NCBI RefSeq assembly: GCF_030144855.1
Contig: NC_082734.1
Span: 17,112,001-17,176,000, forward strand
DNA: 64,000 bases
Direction: 5' to 3'
Source of the DNA: Hypanus sabinus
Taxonomy: Eukaryota
The notes below the pieces were generated by a model. The model was not told the DNA's origin. It saw only the letters and a program-made list of their open reading frames with translations, and made no database searches. The translations under genes and the position numbers were made by a program. Positions 50,101 through 63,900 of this stretch are shown here, piece after piece; the first letter of the stretch is position 1; every line of letters begins with the position of its first letter.

Positions 50101-53100
50101 CTGGTATAATCCTGCACCATTTGGGCCAGACCAAAGTTCACGTTTTTTTGTAGAAGTTCAGCCCTTTGTCTTCTTAGTCTCTGACTGGTTGGCTTGGGTA
50201 TGGAGGTGGTTGTAGACTTCCAGGTAGTCCATTCCTCACTTGCCCCAGCAGGAGGCTTCTCAGCTGCCCTGATGCCCTGGCCAAGCACAGCGCCAACATT
50301 TTCAACTTGTACTTGCTACCCCACCTCACAGTGGCTGTGTACTATTGTACTGTTGTGGTAAAGGCTCTGCGTAGCTCCAGGCATTAGTGATTGAGGTGCC
50401 GATTGCCTTCTGCTCACTCTTAGCCACAGTCCTCCAGGTATCTGGCAGTGCCTTTCCAACAGAGCTACAGTACTGTACAAAAGTCTTAGGCAGGTATATT
50501 TGTGGCGACTCAGCTGATGGATTCAGCAGTATTGCCCCACTTATTGCCCCATGATGGATTCAGCAGCATTGCCCCATACAGAGGGCAACGTGTTTGCCCA
50601 GAGTGAAATCAAGTGGTTTGGATCAGCTTCCAACCATGGTTGATGAACCCCATCTGACTGAAGCAACTGTAAGGTGCTGGTAAACCCACCTTTGCCCTCC
50701 GCTCCTGTCAGTAGAAACGTTTCCGCTGGGCTCAGTAGCTAAGCCACACATGAAGGTCAGGAGCTGGACTTGGTTGACAGAGGCCATTTGAGAGGCACGC
50801 CATTGGGATATTTTATAGGTAGTGGAGTTTTCATTCCACTCCTTATTTTATTCTTGGCCTTCCTCCGCTTGGTTCTGGGCTCCGGATCCTGACTCTGAAG
50901 AGGATGCAGTGAGCTTGCTCCTGATCTTCTCCCAGGTGTGTCTTGGGTCTGAGGGTGACTTGTAATCAGTCCAGTTCTGTGTGTTCTGGATTGGTTTAAT
51001 GACACCAATGTGGGGGGCTACCAACTGTACTACAGATCCTGAAAACAGGAAAGAATGTGGGAAAAATAAAAGCAGGAGCAGGTAGCCAATCAGTCCCTCG
51101 AGCTAACTCCCACCGTTNNNNNNNNNNNNNNNNNNNNNNNNNNNNNNNNNNNNNNNNNNNNNNNNNNNNNNNNNNNNNNNNNNNNNNNNNNNNNNNNNNN
51201 NNNNNNNNNNNNNNNNNNNNNNNNNNNNNNNNNNNNNNNNNNNNNNNNNNNNNNNNNNNNNNNNNNNNNNNNNNNNNNNNNNNNNNNNNNNNNNNNNNNN
51301 NNNNNNNNNNNNNNNNNNNNNNNNNNNNNNNNNNNNNNNNNNNNNNNNNNNNNNNNNNNNNNNNNNNNNNNNNNCCAGGCAGCATCTATGGAAAAGAGTA
51401 CAGTCGAAGTTTTGAGTTGAGACCTTTCATCACTCGCTGATGATTACACAATGTTCAGCACTATTTGTGACTCCTCGGATAAAGTCCAAAGAATATTTAT
51501 CATCAAAGTGTGTATATTATATACAAACTTGAGTTTCGTCTCCTAACAGGCAGCCACTAAACAAAGAAACCCAAAAGAGCCCATTTTAAAAAAAGACTGT
51601 CAAACACCCAATATGCAAAAAAGAAAGCAAATCGGCAAACATGAAAAAGTAAGCAGATAATATTCAGAACCAAAGTTCATGAATTGAGTTTGCAGCCATG
51701 AAGTAGCTGGTGCAGGACCCTGTTAGTTACAGTCCGCAGCCTCAGTTTAACGCAAGAATGAGTAAGCTTCACTGAGCAGTGAGCAGAACACCAGCCTGTC
51801 CCTCGCCTCCGGCCTGAAACCCTGACCTTTTCAATTTGACCCGGTGCTTAAATTGGTCAAATATTGGCTCATTCCTTGCTTTTGGACTCAGGCCCTGCCT
51901 CAGCTCACCATGCCTTGGGTCTACCACTTCACGCCCGTCCCGGCAGTGGCCAAACTGGCTCATTTCTCGCTCTCAGTCCTGGGCCCCGCTGCCTCAATTT
52001 GGTCTGTACACGCCACACCACCACCATCCTGCACCTTCGAGACTTCAGTTCATACCTCAGAAATGCCAAGTTGTACAGGCAGTTCAAAAGCTCAGCTCTG
52101 GAAGAGAACTACAGGCTATTGATTGCAGTGATGGTTGTCCCGAAAAAGAGTGATTAATACAGTAGTTAGTAGATTTGTTTGCTGCCAGTAAGACGTCACT
52201 GTGCCCCACCAACGCCATCTTAAACTGGTCAATGAAGTGCCCTCCTGACAAACCTGATTAACCCTAACCTAATCACAGGACAATTTACTATGACCAGTTA
52301 ACCTACCTGGTATGTCTTTGGACTGTGGGAGGAAACCAGAGGGCCAGGAGAAAATCCACACATTCCACGGGAAGGACGTACAGAGATTCCTTACGGAACA
52401 GCCACCGGAATTGAACTCCAAGACTCCCTGAGCTGTAACAGTGTCGTGCTAACTGCTACGCTTCTGCAGCACCCTTTTAATCTACCCTTTGTATGCCCTT
52501 GTTATTTTCCATATCTTTTCTGTTCCAAGGGAAAAAAGTCTAGGTTCTCCTCGCAACCTGGGGAGGCCTCATTTGGAGTATTATGAACAGCTTTAGGCCC
52601 CTTATCTAAGAAAGGATGTACTGACACTGGAGAGGGCTCAAAGGAGGTGCATGAATCTGGGATTGAAAGGCTTGTCATTTGATGGCTCAGGGGCTCTAAT
52701 CACTGAAACTTGGAAGAACTGGGTGACCGCATTGAAACCTTTTGAATGTTGAAAGGCCTTGATAGAGCGGATGTGGAGAGGATGTTTCCTACGGTGGGAG
52801 AGCCTAAGGCTAGAGGGTTCTTCCTTTTAGAACGGAGATGAGGAGGAATTTCTTTAACTAGAGAGTGGTGAATGTGGGAATTCGTTGTCACGGGTGGCTA
52901 TGGAGGTCAAATCATTGGGTATATTTAAGGTGGAGGGTGATAGATGTTTGTTTAGTCATGAAGGGATGCAAGGAGAAGGCAGAAGATTGGGGCTGAGGGA
53001 AAATGGATCGGCCATGATGGAATGCTGGAGCAGACTCGATGGGCCAAATGGCCTAATTCTCTTCCTATAACCTACGATCTAATGGTCTTATAACTGAAAT

Positions 53101-56100
53101 ATTCCATCCCAGACAACACCCTGGGGAATTTCTTCAGTTCTCTCTCTCCAGTAAAGATTGTGGAAGTCATTGAGCAAGATTGGCCTTTAGAAAAATTGAG
53201 GCATCATCGACCTCTGAGTGGGATTGACAGGATGCACGCTGAGCAGCCGGTCAGAATCTAGTCTTTGAATAAAGGTTTGGAAAATTGAGACTGAAAGGAG
53301 AAAGTTCTTGAGGTAAAAAGCTTAAAGAATGTTTGTAATTTGCCATCCATGAGGGCTGTCATTGCTGAATATAATCAGGATTGCAACTGATAGATTTTTG
53401 TGCACTGTGGAAATCAGGGGACCTAGTGATTGAGGCAATAAATCATCTATGAGTGCTGGAGCAGGCTTGGAGGTTTTGTAACTCTCATCTACTTCAACTT
53501 TTTTTGTTACTTTGCCTTTAAGTAAAAACAGTTGAAATTTGCATTCACGCTATGTGAATATTCAAAATTGGAAGAGTCCACACATGTGACTTGGGCTGAC
53601 AGCGCACAGGGTAAAATGGGGACAATTGCTCCCCCTTCTGGAAAGCATAGGGTGGTACAATGAATATTGTTAAAATTGCTGAGCAGTGAGAGAGGTGTTC
53701 ACACAGAACAGCTCTGAGAACAGGTGACCTGTCCTTGAACGCTTACTATCTCTGACCCACACGCTGTCCAAACTTCCAGCAATATTTTTCATGCCGTTCC
53801 AAGAACCAGGGGCTTCATTTCCAGGAACAGCTGAGGAAAGCTGGTCGTGGTCTCCTTGGGGCGAAACAGAGGTGAACAAGGCATTCCGAAACAGGAAGAG
53901 CACGGACACGGTAACTGCCCCCTTCAAGTGGTGGTGGGTGGGGGGGGGGTTCACCTGCTGTTAGTTTAATGAAAAGATCCTTATGCTCTCACTAACAGTC
54001 ATTTCTCTGAAAGGGACCATCCAGGCCGTGTCCGTGAGGGACATTTACAGACAAGCAAATGGCCAGGGCATCTTGCCTCCGTCTCTGTGGAAAGAGGACT
54101 CCACTGTGGAATGGAAGCAAGAGGGAAACTTCTCTGGAGTTCTGCAGGTGTACAGGTGACTATTACTTGTGGCAGGTGGAATGGAAGAAAGGGGGCATTG
54201 TGTTCTGACGTTGGTGCTGGGAAATTTGGTTCCATGTCCCTTTGATGCACCGGGGGAGGGGGGGTGGTGGTGTGGAGGCTGTCCCATCATTTGACCAGGC
54301 TAGGTCAGTCCCTCCGTCCTGGCACGAGGATGAAAGATGGAGAAAACACGAATAATGAACAGTTGTTTAACCCAAAGTCAATGAATGATACAGCTCCAGT
54401 CTCCTGACCTCTGTGTGGAGTTTGCATGTTCTCCCCGTGACCATGTGGATTTCCCCTGGACTCTCTGGTGTGAGGGTTAGCAGGTTAACTAGCTGCAGTA
54501 AATGACCCCTAGCGTGTAGCAGCCTCTGAGCCACAAGTCTGTGGTCCTTTTGGACCAAAAACACCACAGCCTTGCCGTAGGATTTCGAGGCTTGCATGCC
54601 TCAGTGACCCAGAGATCTAGTTGGCTGGACCCAGGGCTTTATGGTTTGGCTCTTGGTAGGGTCACCCATGCCAAACAGGTCAAAGGGTAGTGGCCAGACT
54701 AAGAGAGGTCCACCAGGTTTGGGGGCTCAGCCCAGGGCTACACCCTGACCGGTAAAACAAAGCTGTCACGGAGACAGCAATGAAGAATCCTTCTACATCT
54801 GAGTGCGACGGTATTCCTGAGCCCCGCCCAGGACTGGCACGACTGACGGGAGTGAAAACGGAGAGGAAGCTACTGGCACGATGAAGGAGCCCCGAACACC
54901 TCCAAGACCAAGACCAAAATTGGCCAAGGACGGGCAGAAATGGAGGACCTGCCTCACTGCCCTGAATGCCAGTGGTGTAACGGGCAGTAAGGAAGTGTGT
55001 GCCTGAGCAGTGGTGTAACGGGCAGTAAGGAAGTGTGTGCCTGAGCAGTGGTGTAACGGGCAGTAAGGAAGTGTGTGCCTGAGCAGTGGTGTAACGGGCA
55101 GTAAGGAAGTGTGTGCCTGAGCAGTGGTATAACGGGCAGTAAGGAAGTGTGTGCCTGAGCAGTGGTGTGTGGGGGAGGATTGATGAGAATATGGAGAGAA
55201 CATAGAAATCTACAGCACATTACAGGCCCTTCAGCCCACAATATTGTGCCGACCATGTAACCTAGTCTGGAAACTGCCTAGAATTACTCTACCACGGAGC
55301 CCTCTATTTTTCTAAGTTCCACATACCTATCTAAGAGTCTTCTATTGTATCCATTTCCACCACCATCGCTGGCGGTGCATTCCACGCACCCACAACTCTT
55401 TGTGTGAAAAACTTATGTCTGACATCCCCCTTGTACTTACTTCCAAGCACCTTAATACTATGCCCCCTCGTGTTAGCTGTTTCAGCCTGGGACAAGTCAT
55501 CTGACTATCCACACGATCAATGCCTCCCATCATCTTATACACCTCTATCAGGTCACCTCTCATCCTGTTTTGTTCCAAGGAGAAAAGGCCAAGTTCACTC
55601 AACCTGTTCTCATAAGGCATGCTCCGCAATCCAGGCAACATCCTTGTAAATCTCCTCTGCGCTCTCTCTCTATAGTATCCTGGAGGGGGCACCCGGATGA
55701 TAGAAAGGAATTAGGTAAGCGGGTGGACATCAAGTGTGATCGTTTTTTTTTGAATCGTGGTCAGACACTGTGGTCTTCATTCAGTGCACCTTGCACCTGC
55801 TATTCACTTTGACAGCAGTTTGAAAATAGAACTCAAGCAGATTCTGCCCTTGCCACGTTTGAGCACAGTGACTTTATAGCCCTACAAGCAACTTTCATCA
55901 GCGGTGGGTGTGCTCAAGAGGAAGGGGCGGTTATTATTGCTCAGTTAGTTCCATCAAACAGCAATGTGATGATATTCAGATATCTTGTGATTAATGGCAT
56001 TAATGTGGGGTTTATCGACCTTGGGGTGTAAATAGTATTGACCTGTACAATGAAATGATTCCTCCCCCCCCCCCCCCACCCCTCTGAAACAGTGGAAGTG

Positions 56101-57771
56101 TTTAAGTACATCTGAGAGCAGAGGCCAGGTAGGTCAAGGCATCTTGCCAAAGAGGGAAAAGTTTCAGAATCCATCAGTCAGTTCAAATTAATTTGAATGA
56201 GTAACTAGTGTTGGTAGGTTAAAGAAGGGCATGTTAATACGGGCCTTTGTGGCTGTCTCGGGGGGTTTGCATGTGATGTTGTCCCATTCCAGGCAACTGC
56301 AGTAAGTCACGTAGTGAGAATAATGCCAAAATAAGCTCATTATCTCACTGCTCAGAATAGCAGTAATGTGACCTGTGCTGCAGTCAGTCACGTATTTAGT
56401 GAGCCATTTTGGCTTATCTTTCAAGAGATTGCGATGAAATATCAGCAGTGGAAAACGTCCTAAAAGATGACTTTGGCAGCTGAGAGTACAGGTGACCGAT
56501 GAATACAGTGATATCCTCTGAATCTTTTTTTTATCTATTAACTATTGGGCGAAGGGATTACGTACTGTGGTTTGGGTGTTTTAACTGCAGGACCCGCCTG
56601 TGTCCTGACTGTATCTGGCACAAACAGCTCTCCTGTGTACACACTGTGCGACTTGCCTGTGTACAGATCCTGTAGTCTCAGATGTAGAAACTGCAGGGCT
56701 CTTTCTGTGAGGGTGCATCCCCTTCAATATTAGATTACTCCTGTATCCAAGGCCAGGGGTTCCCAATTTTTAAAATATATATCATAGACCAATACCATTA
56801 AGCAAGCAGTCCATGGACCACAGGTTGGGAATCCCTGGTCCAGCCTTCCTGCGCTCTGTGAGGCTGTAATATACCTACCTGTCGATATTGGAGTACTGCT
56901 GTGTTCTCTAGGTTCACTGCACGTTCAAATTGTGGACCCCATGCACCGGCTCGTGTACACACTGTCAGGAGCAGGCTGCCTTTGACCTCCTCTCTGCAGA
57001 CGAGCCATTCCTGGCCACTGACTCTGCTCTGATTCCCTGGCTGCACACACCAGGTGTGCTCTGGGAGGCTTGACTACACAGGAGGCTGGCTCAGCCTGCT
57101 CCCACGAGGAGCGGTGGGCAGATGTGCTTCTTTGTCAGTTTGAAGCAACATCTCTGGGTCTGTATCATAGGGGCCTGGATTCCTGTGGTCATAGAGCCCT
57201 GGTCATACCACAGAGAAATAGGTCCTTCTGTTCTGGCCATCAAATCCGATTTGCATTGAGGTTCCTCTGATCCTGTTTTATCCTCCCCATATTTGTCCCG
57301 TTCACCCGCACACCAGGGGCAGTTCGCTCTGGCTAGTTAACTCATCAGGCCGAGAGGAACCCAGCACCCAGAGGAACCCCACATAGGGAGAATGTGCGAG
57401 CTCCACACGGACAGCACCCGAGGTCAGGATCAAACCTCTGTTGCTCGCTGTCCCGTGCCGCCCCCTCCGGCAGTCGGGAATGCGTTAAGTAGGCAGGCTG
57501 GGGTCCTCAGCGTGGAGCTGTGACATGCGGTGGGGCCGCAGCAAGCCTCATCCCTGTCAGCGAGACACGCAAAACGCTGGAGGAAGTCAGCAGGCCAGAC
57601 AGCGTCGATGGAAAAGGGTAAACAGTCAATGTTTCGGGCCGAGACCCTGCGGCAGGACCATCGTCGCCAAAGACTGGCACTGAAATCCAGGGCAGGAGAC
57701 TGTACACTGTATGCCTGTCTGCCTTCCTCAGCTGGCTAGGGGTGTGTGCGTGCGTGAACACGCGCGTGTGA

Positions 57772-57814
<43 letters not shown>

Positions 57815-60800
57815 ACATGGAACGTACAGCACACTCGGGCCAGTGGTCCTGGCTGAATCACGGCTGCATTCACGGTCCACCAGCCTTTCTCCATCACACA
57901 GAGGCAGCTCCTCTCTTTGATGCCACCTTCCTTCCTGCATTGCACCCACTGAATGCTCAACGAGGGTCAGTCTGGTTCCTGACACTGTAACCCCCTCTCC
58001 CCCCATCTTAACCTGAAACATGTAACAAGGACACATTGTTTAATAAGTTCAAGGAGTTAAATATAATATCAATGCCTAAAGAGTTCAAAGGATCAGGAAG
58101 TAAAGTAAAACAGGATACTGAATCTCAGTGATCAGATCAAAGGAAGGAGCCTCCAGCTCCATGTTTTAGTCTAACTGTTCCCTGAAGTCAGGTGCACCGT
58201 ATTGAGATACCGTGTGGAATGGGCCCTCAGCAATGCCACTCAGCGATCCCCCGATTTAATCTGAGCCCATTTGTGGGGCAATTTACACTAACTAATTAGC
58301 CTACTTAAATGTAGTCTTTGGACTGTGGGAGGAAACCGGAGCACCCGGAGGAAACCCACATGGTCTCGGGGAGAGCGTGCAAGCTCCTTCCTGACCGCGG
58401 CGGGAATTGAACCCATGTCACCTGCACGTCAGTCTCAGGGCAAAGCCACTTTCTTCTAAACACTCTGTGTGATTTCAAGGACATGCTTTCTGCCTCTGGC
58501 CTCCTGTCCCAATGAAAACAAGCCTCTGTCAATAATAACTTCTAACTTAAAATGTTCTCTCCGAACTCCAGCTCTTCAGGGGAAAGAGGCCTGGCTTGCT
58601 CATCCTAACAATAGACACAGTGAGAGAGAAGAAAAACAAGCAATAAAAATAGAACCAAGGACACAAGGAGCTGTGAATTTCCATCACCCTGCCTGTCAGC
58701 GAACAATGTAGTGCAGAGACGGGTAAATGGCAGGTATTGTGCCTGCCTGCAGTTCACAGTGGGGCCTCAGCCCACTTGCTGGAGTGCTGCCTCTTTGCTG
58801 CTTCCTGCCCTAGTCAGGCAAAGAAGAGGAGTATCGTTTAACTGTGACCTTTTCAGGTCGCTGACCTCCGTTAAGTAGTCAAAGGCCAATAACTGGAAAC
58901 GTTCTTTCTTGCCACGTGTGCTCCCCTCCGTGCAAAATGGTTACTTCTTCTGTTAGTTTAGTTTATCAGCTTTGGCAATTTAGTCGTTTTGTGTGAAACA
59001 TTGAATGCGCAGAGGGGATTCTGCTGCTTTCCACAACCTTGCCCCCCACCTGTGATGTAGGAGGCTACGTGGCCGGAGGTGGGGACAGCGTAAGCGGTGT
59101 ACGAGGAAGCGGAAGCGAGGCGAGGGGGTAGGAGTCCGTGCCAGGAAAAAAGCAAGCCCGAGCCGGCCGGCCCTCCCGTCCATCCGACGCTCCAGTGGAC
59201 ATTAAATCGGACTACAGCTGTGGCAACGAAATACTCGGTGGAAGTACAGAAATGGATGGAATCCCGGACGCCGCCATTCAGCTGTTTATTTGTGTAACAG
59301 ATTTTCCCCCAAGCCATCAAACTGCCCTCTGCTGTGCCTATTGTCTTGTTTATTATTTATTGTAATGCTTGCACTGTTCTATGTACTTTATGCAGTCCTG
59401 GGTAGGTCTGTAGTCCGGTGTAGTTTTGGTGTTGGTTTACGTAGTTCAGTGTAGTTTTTGTATTGTTCATGTAGCACCATGGTCCTGAAAGACGTTGTCT
59501 CGTTTTTACTGTGTACTGAACCAGCAGTTATGGTCGAAATGACAATAAAAAGTGACTTGACTTGACTTGATGTAGTTTTGTACCTTTAGTCTGGCAGGAA
59601 GCAGAAGATTTCATTGAGAGACGGCCTCACTGGGCTGAAAGGGACGTGAATCCCCACACTATAACTGTCAACAATTAATCTAACATAGACCCAGGGTTAA
59701 TCTGGGTTAGCATAACTAATCCCATATGATCACTGGATTACACCAGGAATTAGACCATAAAACCATAAGGTAGCCTCCAAGAGGATCACAAGCTTTACTT
59801 TATTGTCACCAAACAATTGATACTAGAGCGTACAATCATCACAGTGATATTTGTTTCTGCGCTTCACGCTCCCTGTAGTACAAATTGAAATAAATATAAT
59901 AAAAATTTAAATTATAAATCATAATTTGAAAATAGAAAAGGGAAAGTAAGGTAGTGCAAGTCAGGTCCGGATATTTGGAAGGTATGGCCCAGATCCGGGT
60001 CAGGATCTGTTCAGCAGTCTTATCACAGTTGGAAAGAAGCTGTTCCCAAATCTGGCTGTACGAGTCTTCAAGCTCCTGAACCTTCTCCTGGAGGGAAGAG
60101 GGACAAAAAGTGTGTTGGCTGGGTGGGTCGTGTCCTTGATTATCCTGGCAGCACTGCTCCAACAGCGTGCGATGTAAAGTGAGCCCAAGGATGGAAGATT
60201 GGTTTGGGTGATGTGCTGGGCTATGTTCACGATCTTCGGCAGCTTCTTCTGGTCTTGGACAGAACAACTTCCATACTAGGTTGTGTTGCACCCTAGAAGA
60301 ATGCTTTCTACAGTGCACCTATAAAAATTAGTGAGGGTTTTTGGGGACAGGCCAAATTTCTTCAGCTTTCTCAGGAAGTAAAGGCGCTGGCAGGCCTTCT
60401 TGGCAGTGGACTCTGCTTGGTTAGACCAAGTCAGGTCATTTATGATATTCACCCCGAGGAACTTAAAGCTTTTGACCTGTTCCACCTGCACACCAAAGAT
60501 ATAGATGGGGTCGTGTGGTCCGCTACTCCTTCTGAAGTCAACAACCAATTCCTTCGTCTTGCTGATGTTGAGGGATAGGTTATTGTCTTCGCACCATGCC
60601 ACCAGGTTCTTAATTTCCTCTCTGTACTCAGACTCATTATTACCAAATTTGTCGTAGGGTTTGGAGGCTTGTGTGCCTCAGTGACCTGGAGAGCTTTGTT
60701 GGCTGGAGTCAGGGTCATGGGCTGTGGCTCTTGGTAGGGTCACCCATGCCAAACAGGTCAAAGGGTAGAGGCCAGACTACGAGTGGTCCGCCAGTCCTCC

Positions 60801-60913
60801 AGGTTCGGGGTTCAGCTCAGGGCTTAAAACTAGTCAACAAACATTTGTTACAGAAACAGCAATGAAGAGAAGAGAGAGAGCGAGAGAGAGAGAGAGAGAG
60901 GGGGAGACAGACA

Positions 60914-60955
<42 letters not shown>

Positions 60956-63900
60956 GGGCATTCGTTTTTGCCCTAAATGCCCGTGGCATAACAGGCAATA
61001 AGTACCATCTGATATATAAGGGCAGAATTGGGCCATTCAGCCCATCGAGTCTGCTCTGCCATTTCATCGTGGGTGATCCTCTCATCTCCATTCTGCCTTC
61101 TCCCCGTATCCTTTCATGTCCTGACTAATCAAGAACCTATCGACATTCACCTCAAATACGCCCAATGTCTTGGCCTCCACAGCTGCCTGTGGCAACGAAT
61201 TCCACAGATTCACCACTCTCTGGCTAAAGAAATTCCTCCACCTCCGTTCAAGTGTAGTGCACCCCTGGAGGAATCTAACTAATTCCTAGGGTAATCCAGG
61301 AAATGGCTGCTGATTACTGCCTCTCTGCCAGCCTGTGTAGTGGACCCTGAGGTAATTTCACCAATCCCCTGGCTAAACCTGTGGCCCACACAACCCTCCA
61401 ATGGTTCTGAGTGTGGTTCTGATGTGTATCTTGCCAGGCGTGAGCTGGAGCTCTGGACAACACTGCCCACTGCTGGCCACTGTGATCTAGTTTAAAGCTC
61501 CACAAAAGAATTAGAGGGACAGAAAGATTAGCTTTATTTGTCACATGAGCTTTGAAGCATACGGTGAAATGCATCGTTTTGCATCAAATTAAATTGGCGA
61601 GGATTGCGCCAAGCAGCCCGCAAGAGTAACCAGGCTTCTGGTCCCAACTTAGCATGCCCACAACTTACTGACCCTAACCCCTACGTCTTTTTGGAATGTG
61701 GGAGGAAACTGGAGTACAGTGAAGTCTGCTCTGTTGAAGGGTCAAAGGAGGCATAATCTAGAGAGCAGCGGAGTCTATAGGCTTGTAGTTAAATTGGACA
61801 CCAGGCTCTCCCCTAATCTAACAGAGGGAAGAATTGGATATGGACCATGTGAACGTGAGAGTAGGACAGAAGTTGGCAGCAAAAGTCATGGCATTTTGAA
61901 GTTCTGCAGGGACGCAGGAAATGGAACCCTGGAGGTATTGGAAAGAAAGGTGAGGGTGGGGATCTGAGTCAGCGAGAAGCAATGGTTATTCCATGTATCC
62001 CGTGAAGGGACAGGCACAGGCTGGACCCTAGTGAATTCCTGTAGACTCGCCTCTGATCCAAAGAAAATGAGTGGAATTTGGAAGAAAATTTGATGAGAGG
62101 ATGAGTTTGGCCGGGCCAGTAGAAGGAGATTCACTAGAATGTTTCAGGGATGGAACAGTTAATTTGTTAGGAGAATGGGCTGGAGCAGGAGAGGCTGAGG
62201 GGGGACCAGCTAGTTGTACTGAATTATGAGGAGTGTGGATACGGTAGATGGCAGGATGGTACATCGTGTGTCAGAAGTATTTCTGAACATAGGCTTCAAG
62301 TAAGGAGTAAAAGATTTCATAGAGATGAAAGGAAGAATTATTTCACTCAGAGGGTGGTGGCGATTTGGACCGCACAGTCTGAAGGGTCACTTGGAAGATC
62401 TACTGGTGGGCCCTGCTCCTGGACCAGGCCAAGTTGGCCATTCAAAGACTGAGGTGGCCGGTAGTCAAGGGCCGTGTTCGTGCCAATTGCCTGCTCTTCT
62501 TCCAGGGGTACGTTTGTGCCCAGGTGTCCTCGGAGAGGGAGCATCTGGTCACCATGGAATAGTGGGCCTCCCAGGGAACTGGCTATTTTATAGACAGTAA
62601 TAATCATATTTTAATTTGAAATTGCTCACTGTCTTGTAAATGCTTGATTGTATTTCGTGTATTTTTGTAGTGTTGTAAAAATAAAGTGGGATGGTGGAGG
62701 CAGCGACTCACAATATTTAAGAAGTGGCAGGACGTGTAATGGAATTGCCAAGACATTGCAGGCTTTAGACCCAGTGCCGATGAATAGGCTCAATACAGAA
62801 AGGTACTCAGTGGTCAGCAAGGACGTGGCAGACGGGAGGATTATCCTGTTTCTATTCTGTGTGAGAGAGAGAGGCTGAGGAATGATTTGTGCCTGGGTGC
62901 TGGTTAGGTGTGTGAGAGGGCAGAACCTGTTGCTTGTGACGTGATAACATTACTTCCCTCTCAGTGGCAACAGCTCTGTCCAAGACCTGCAGACGTTGGA
63001 CGGGCCGGGGAAGAACTTCAGTGCCTTGCTGATTACCACGAGGAACAGGCTGCAAATCCTGAGGGGGAGGCACCTCCAGCACCTGTGGCAGACAGTCAGC
63101 AGCAGTATCAAGGAGTGAGTAACAGGCCAGAAGTCCGACGGTGAGCGGAGACTGGCCCCTCAGCCTCCTACCCTCGCGTTGGCGACATTTTCCTCCCTGC
63201 CCACCTCTCAGCCCTTCCATCCCTGACATTCCCACCAACCATCTACTCTGAGCAATGCCCCCTCCCCATTCCCTCCTTCACAGACACCCCACTCCACATT
63301 TACTTCATCCACCCACCACTCATGGCCATTTTTTCTCTTCCCCCTTCTCAGTGCATCCACCGACAAACCACCCTCACTCCTGACTGCAAAAATCATTCCC
63401 CATTCTCCCCCCTCCCTCTCTGTCCCCATCTCTCCACTCACTTATCCGTCTACCACCCTGTTCGTTTCTCCCAACCCCCTGTCTTTTCCCCTTACTCCTC
63501 TCTCATTTCCCCCTATCATGCCAGTCACTCCCTTTCACCTTCCTGCCTATTTCCCCTGTTTCTTTGGTCCCTCTCATCCTCCCCCCACCTACCCTCTCAT
63601 ACCCTCTTCACTCTGTCCTATCAGTCACACTCATACACACCCAGCAACCTACCCTCTGGTTTCCCTCGCTTCCAGCACCCCTCGTGCTCCACCAGACTCC
63701 AGAAGTTCCTGAAGTCACGGTATTTATTCGACTGGCCCAGTTGTCTTTGTGGCCAGTGGTGACCTGCAGGGTTGTAATGGTGGGCCATACTGCAATTGCA
63801 ATGATGATTGATTAGAGTCTTTCTAATGGTATTTGCTTGCCACATCTGTGACACAAAGCCCAGGGACGAGCTCTTCACTCCCGTTGGGTAATTGGAATCA

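Noticed and set aside
50996-51440. ORFs spanning the N run
   Set aside because: Artefacts of the assembly gap.
54970-55168. CRISPR-like array
   Set aside because: Units are head-to-tail with no unique spacers, the context is eukaryotic and there are no cas genes.
60276-60602. Host gene with an ALKBH8-N/DUF1891-like domain
   Set aside because: It is the RT C-terminal region of a Rex1/Babar-type LINE, with stops and a LINE tail.
63141-63146. Alternative donor CG|gtgagc for FAM234B-like exon 8
   Set aside because: It gives phase 1, which is incompatible with the phase-2 acceptor of exon 9.
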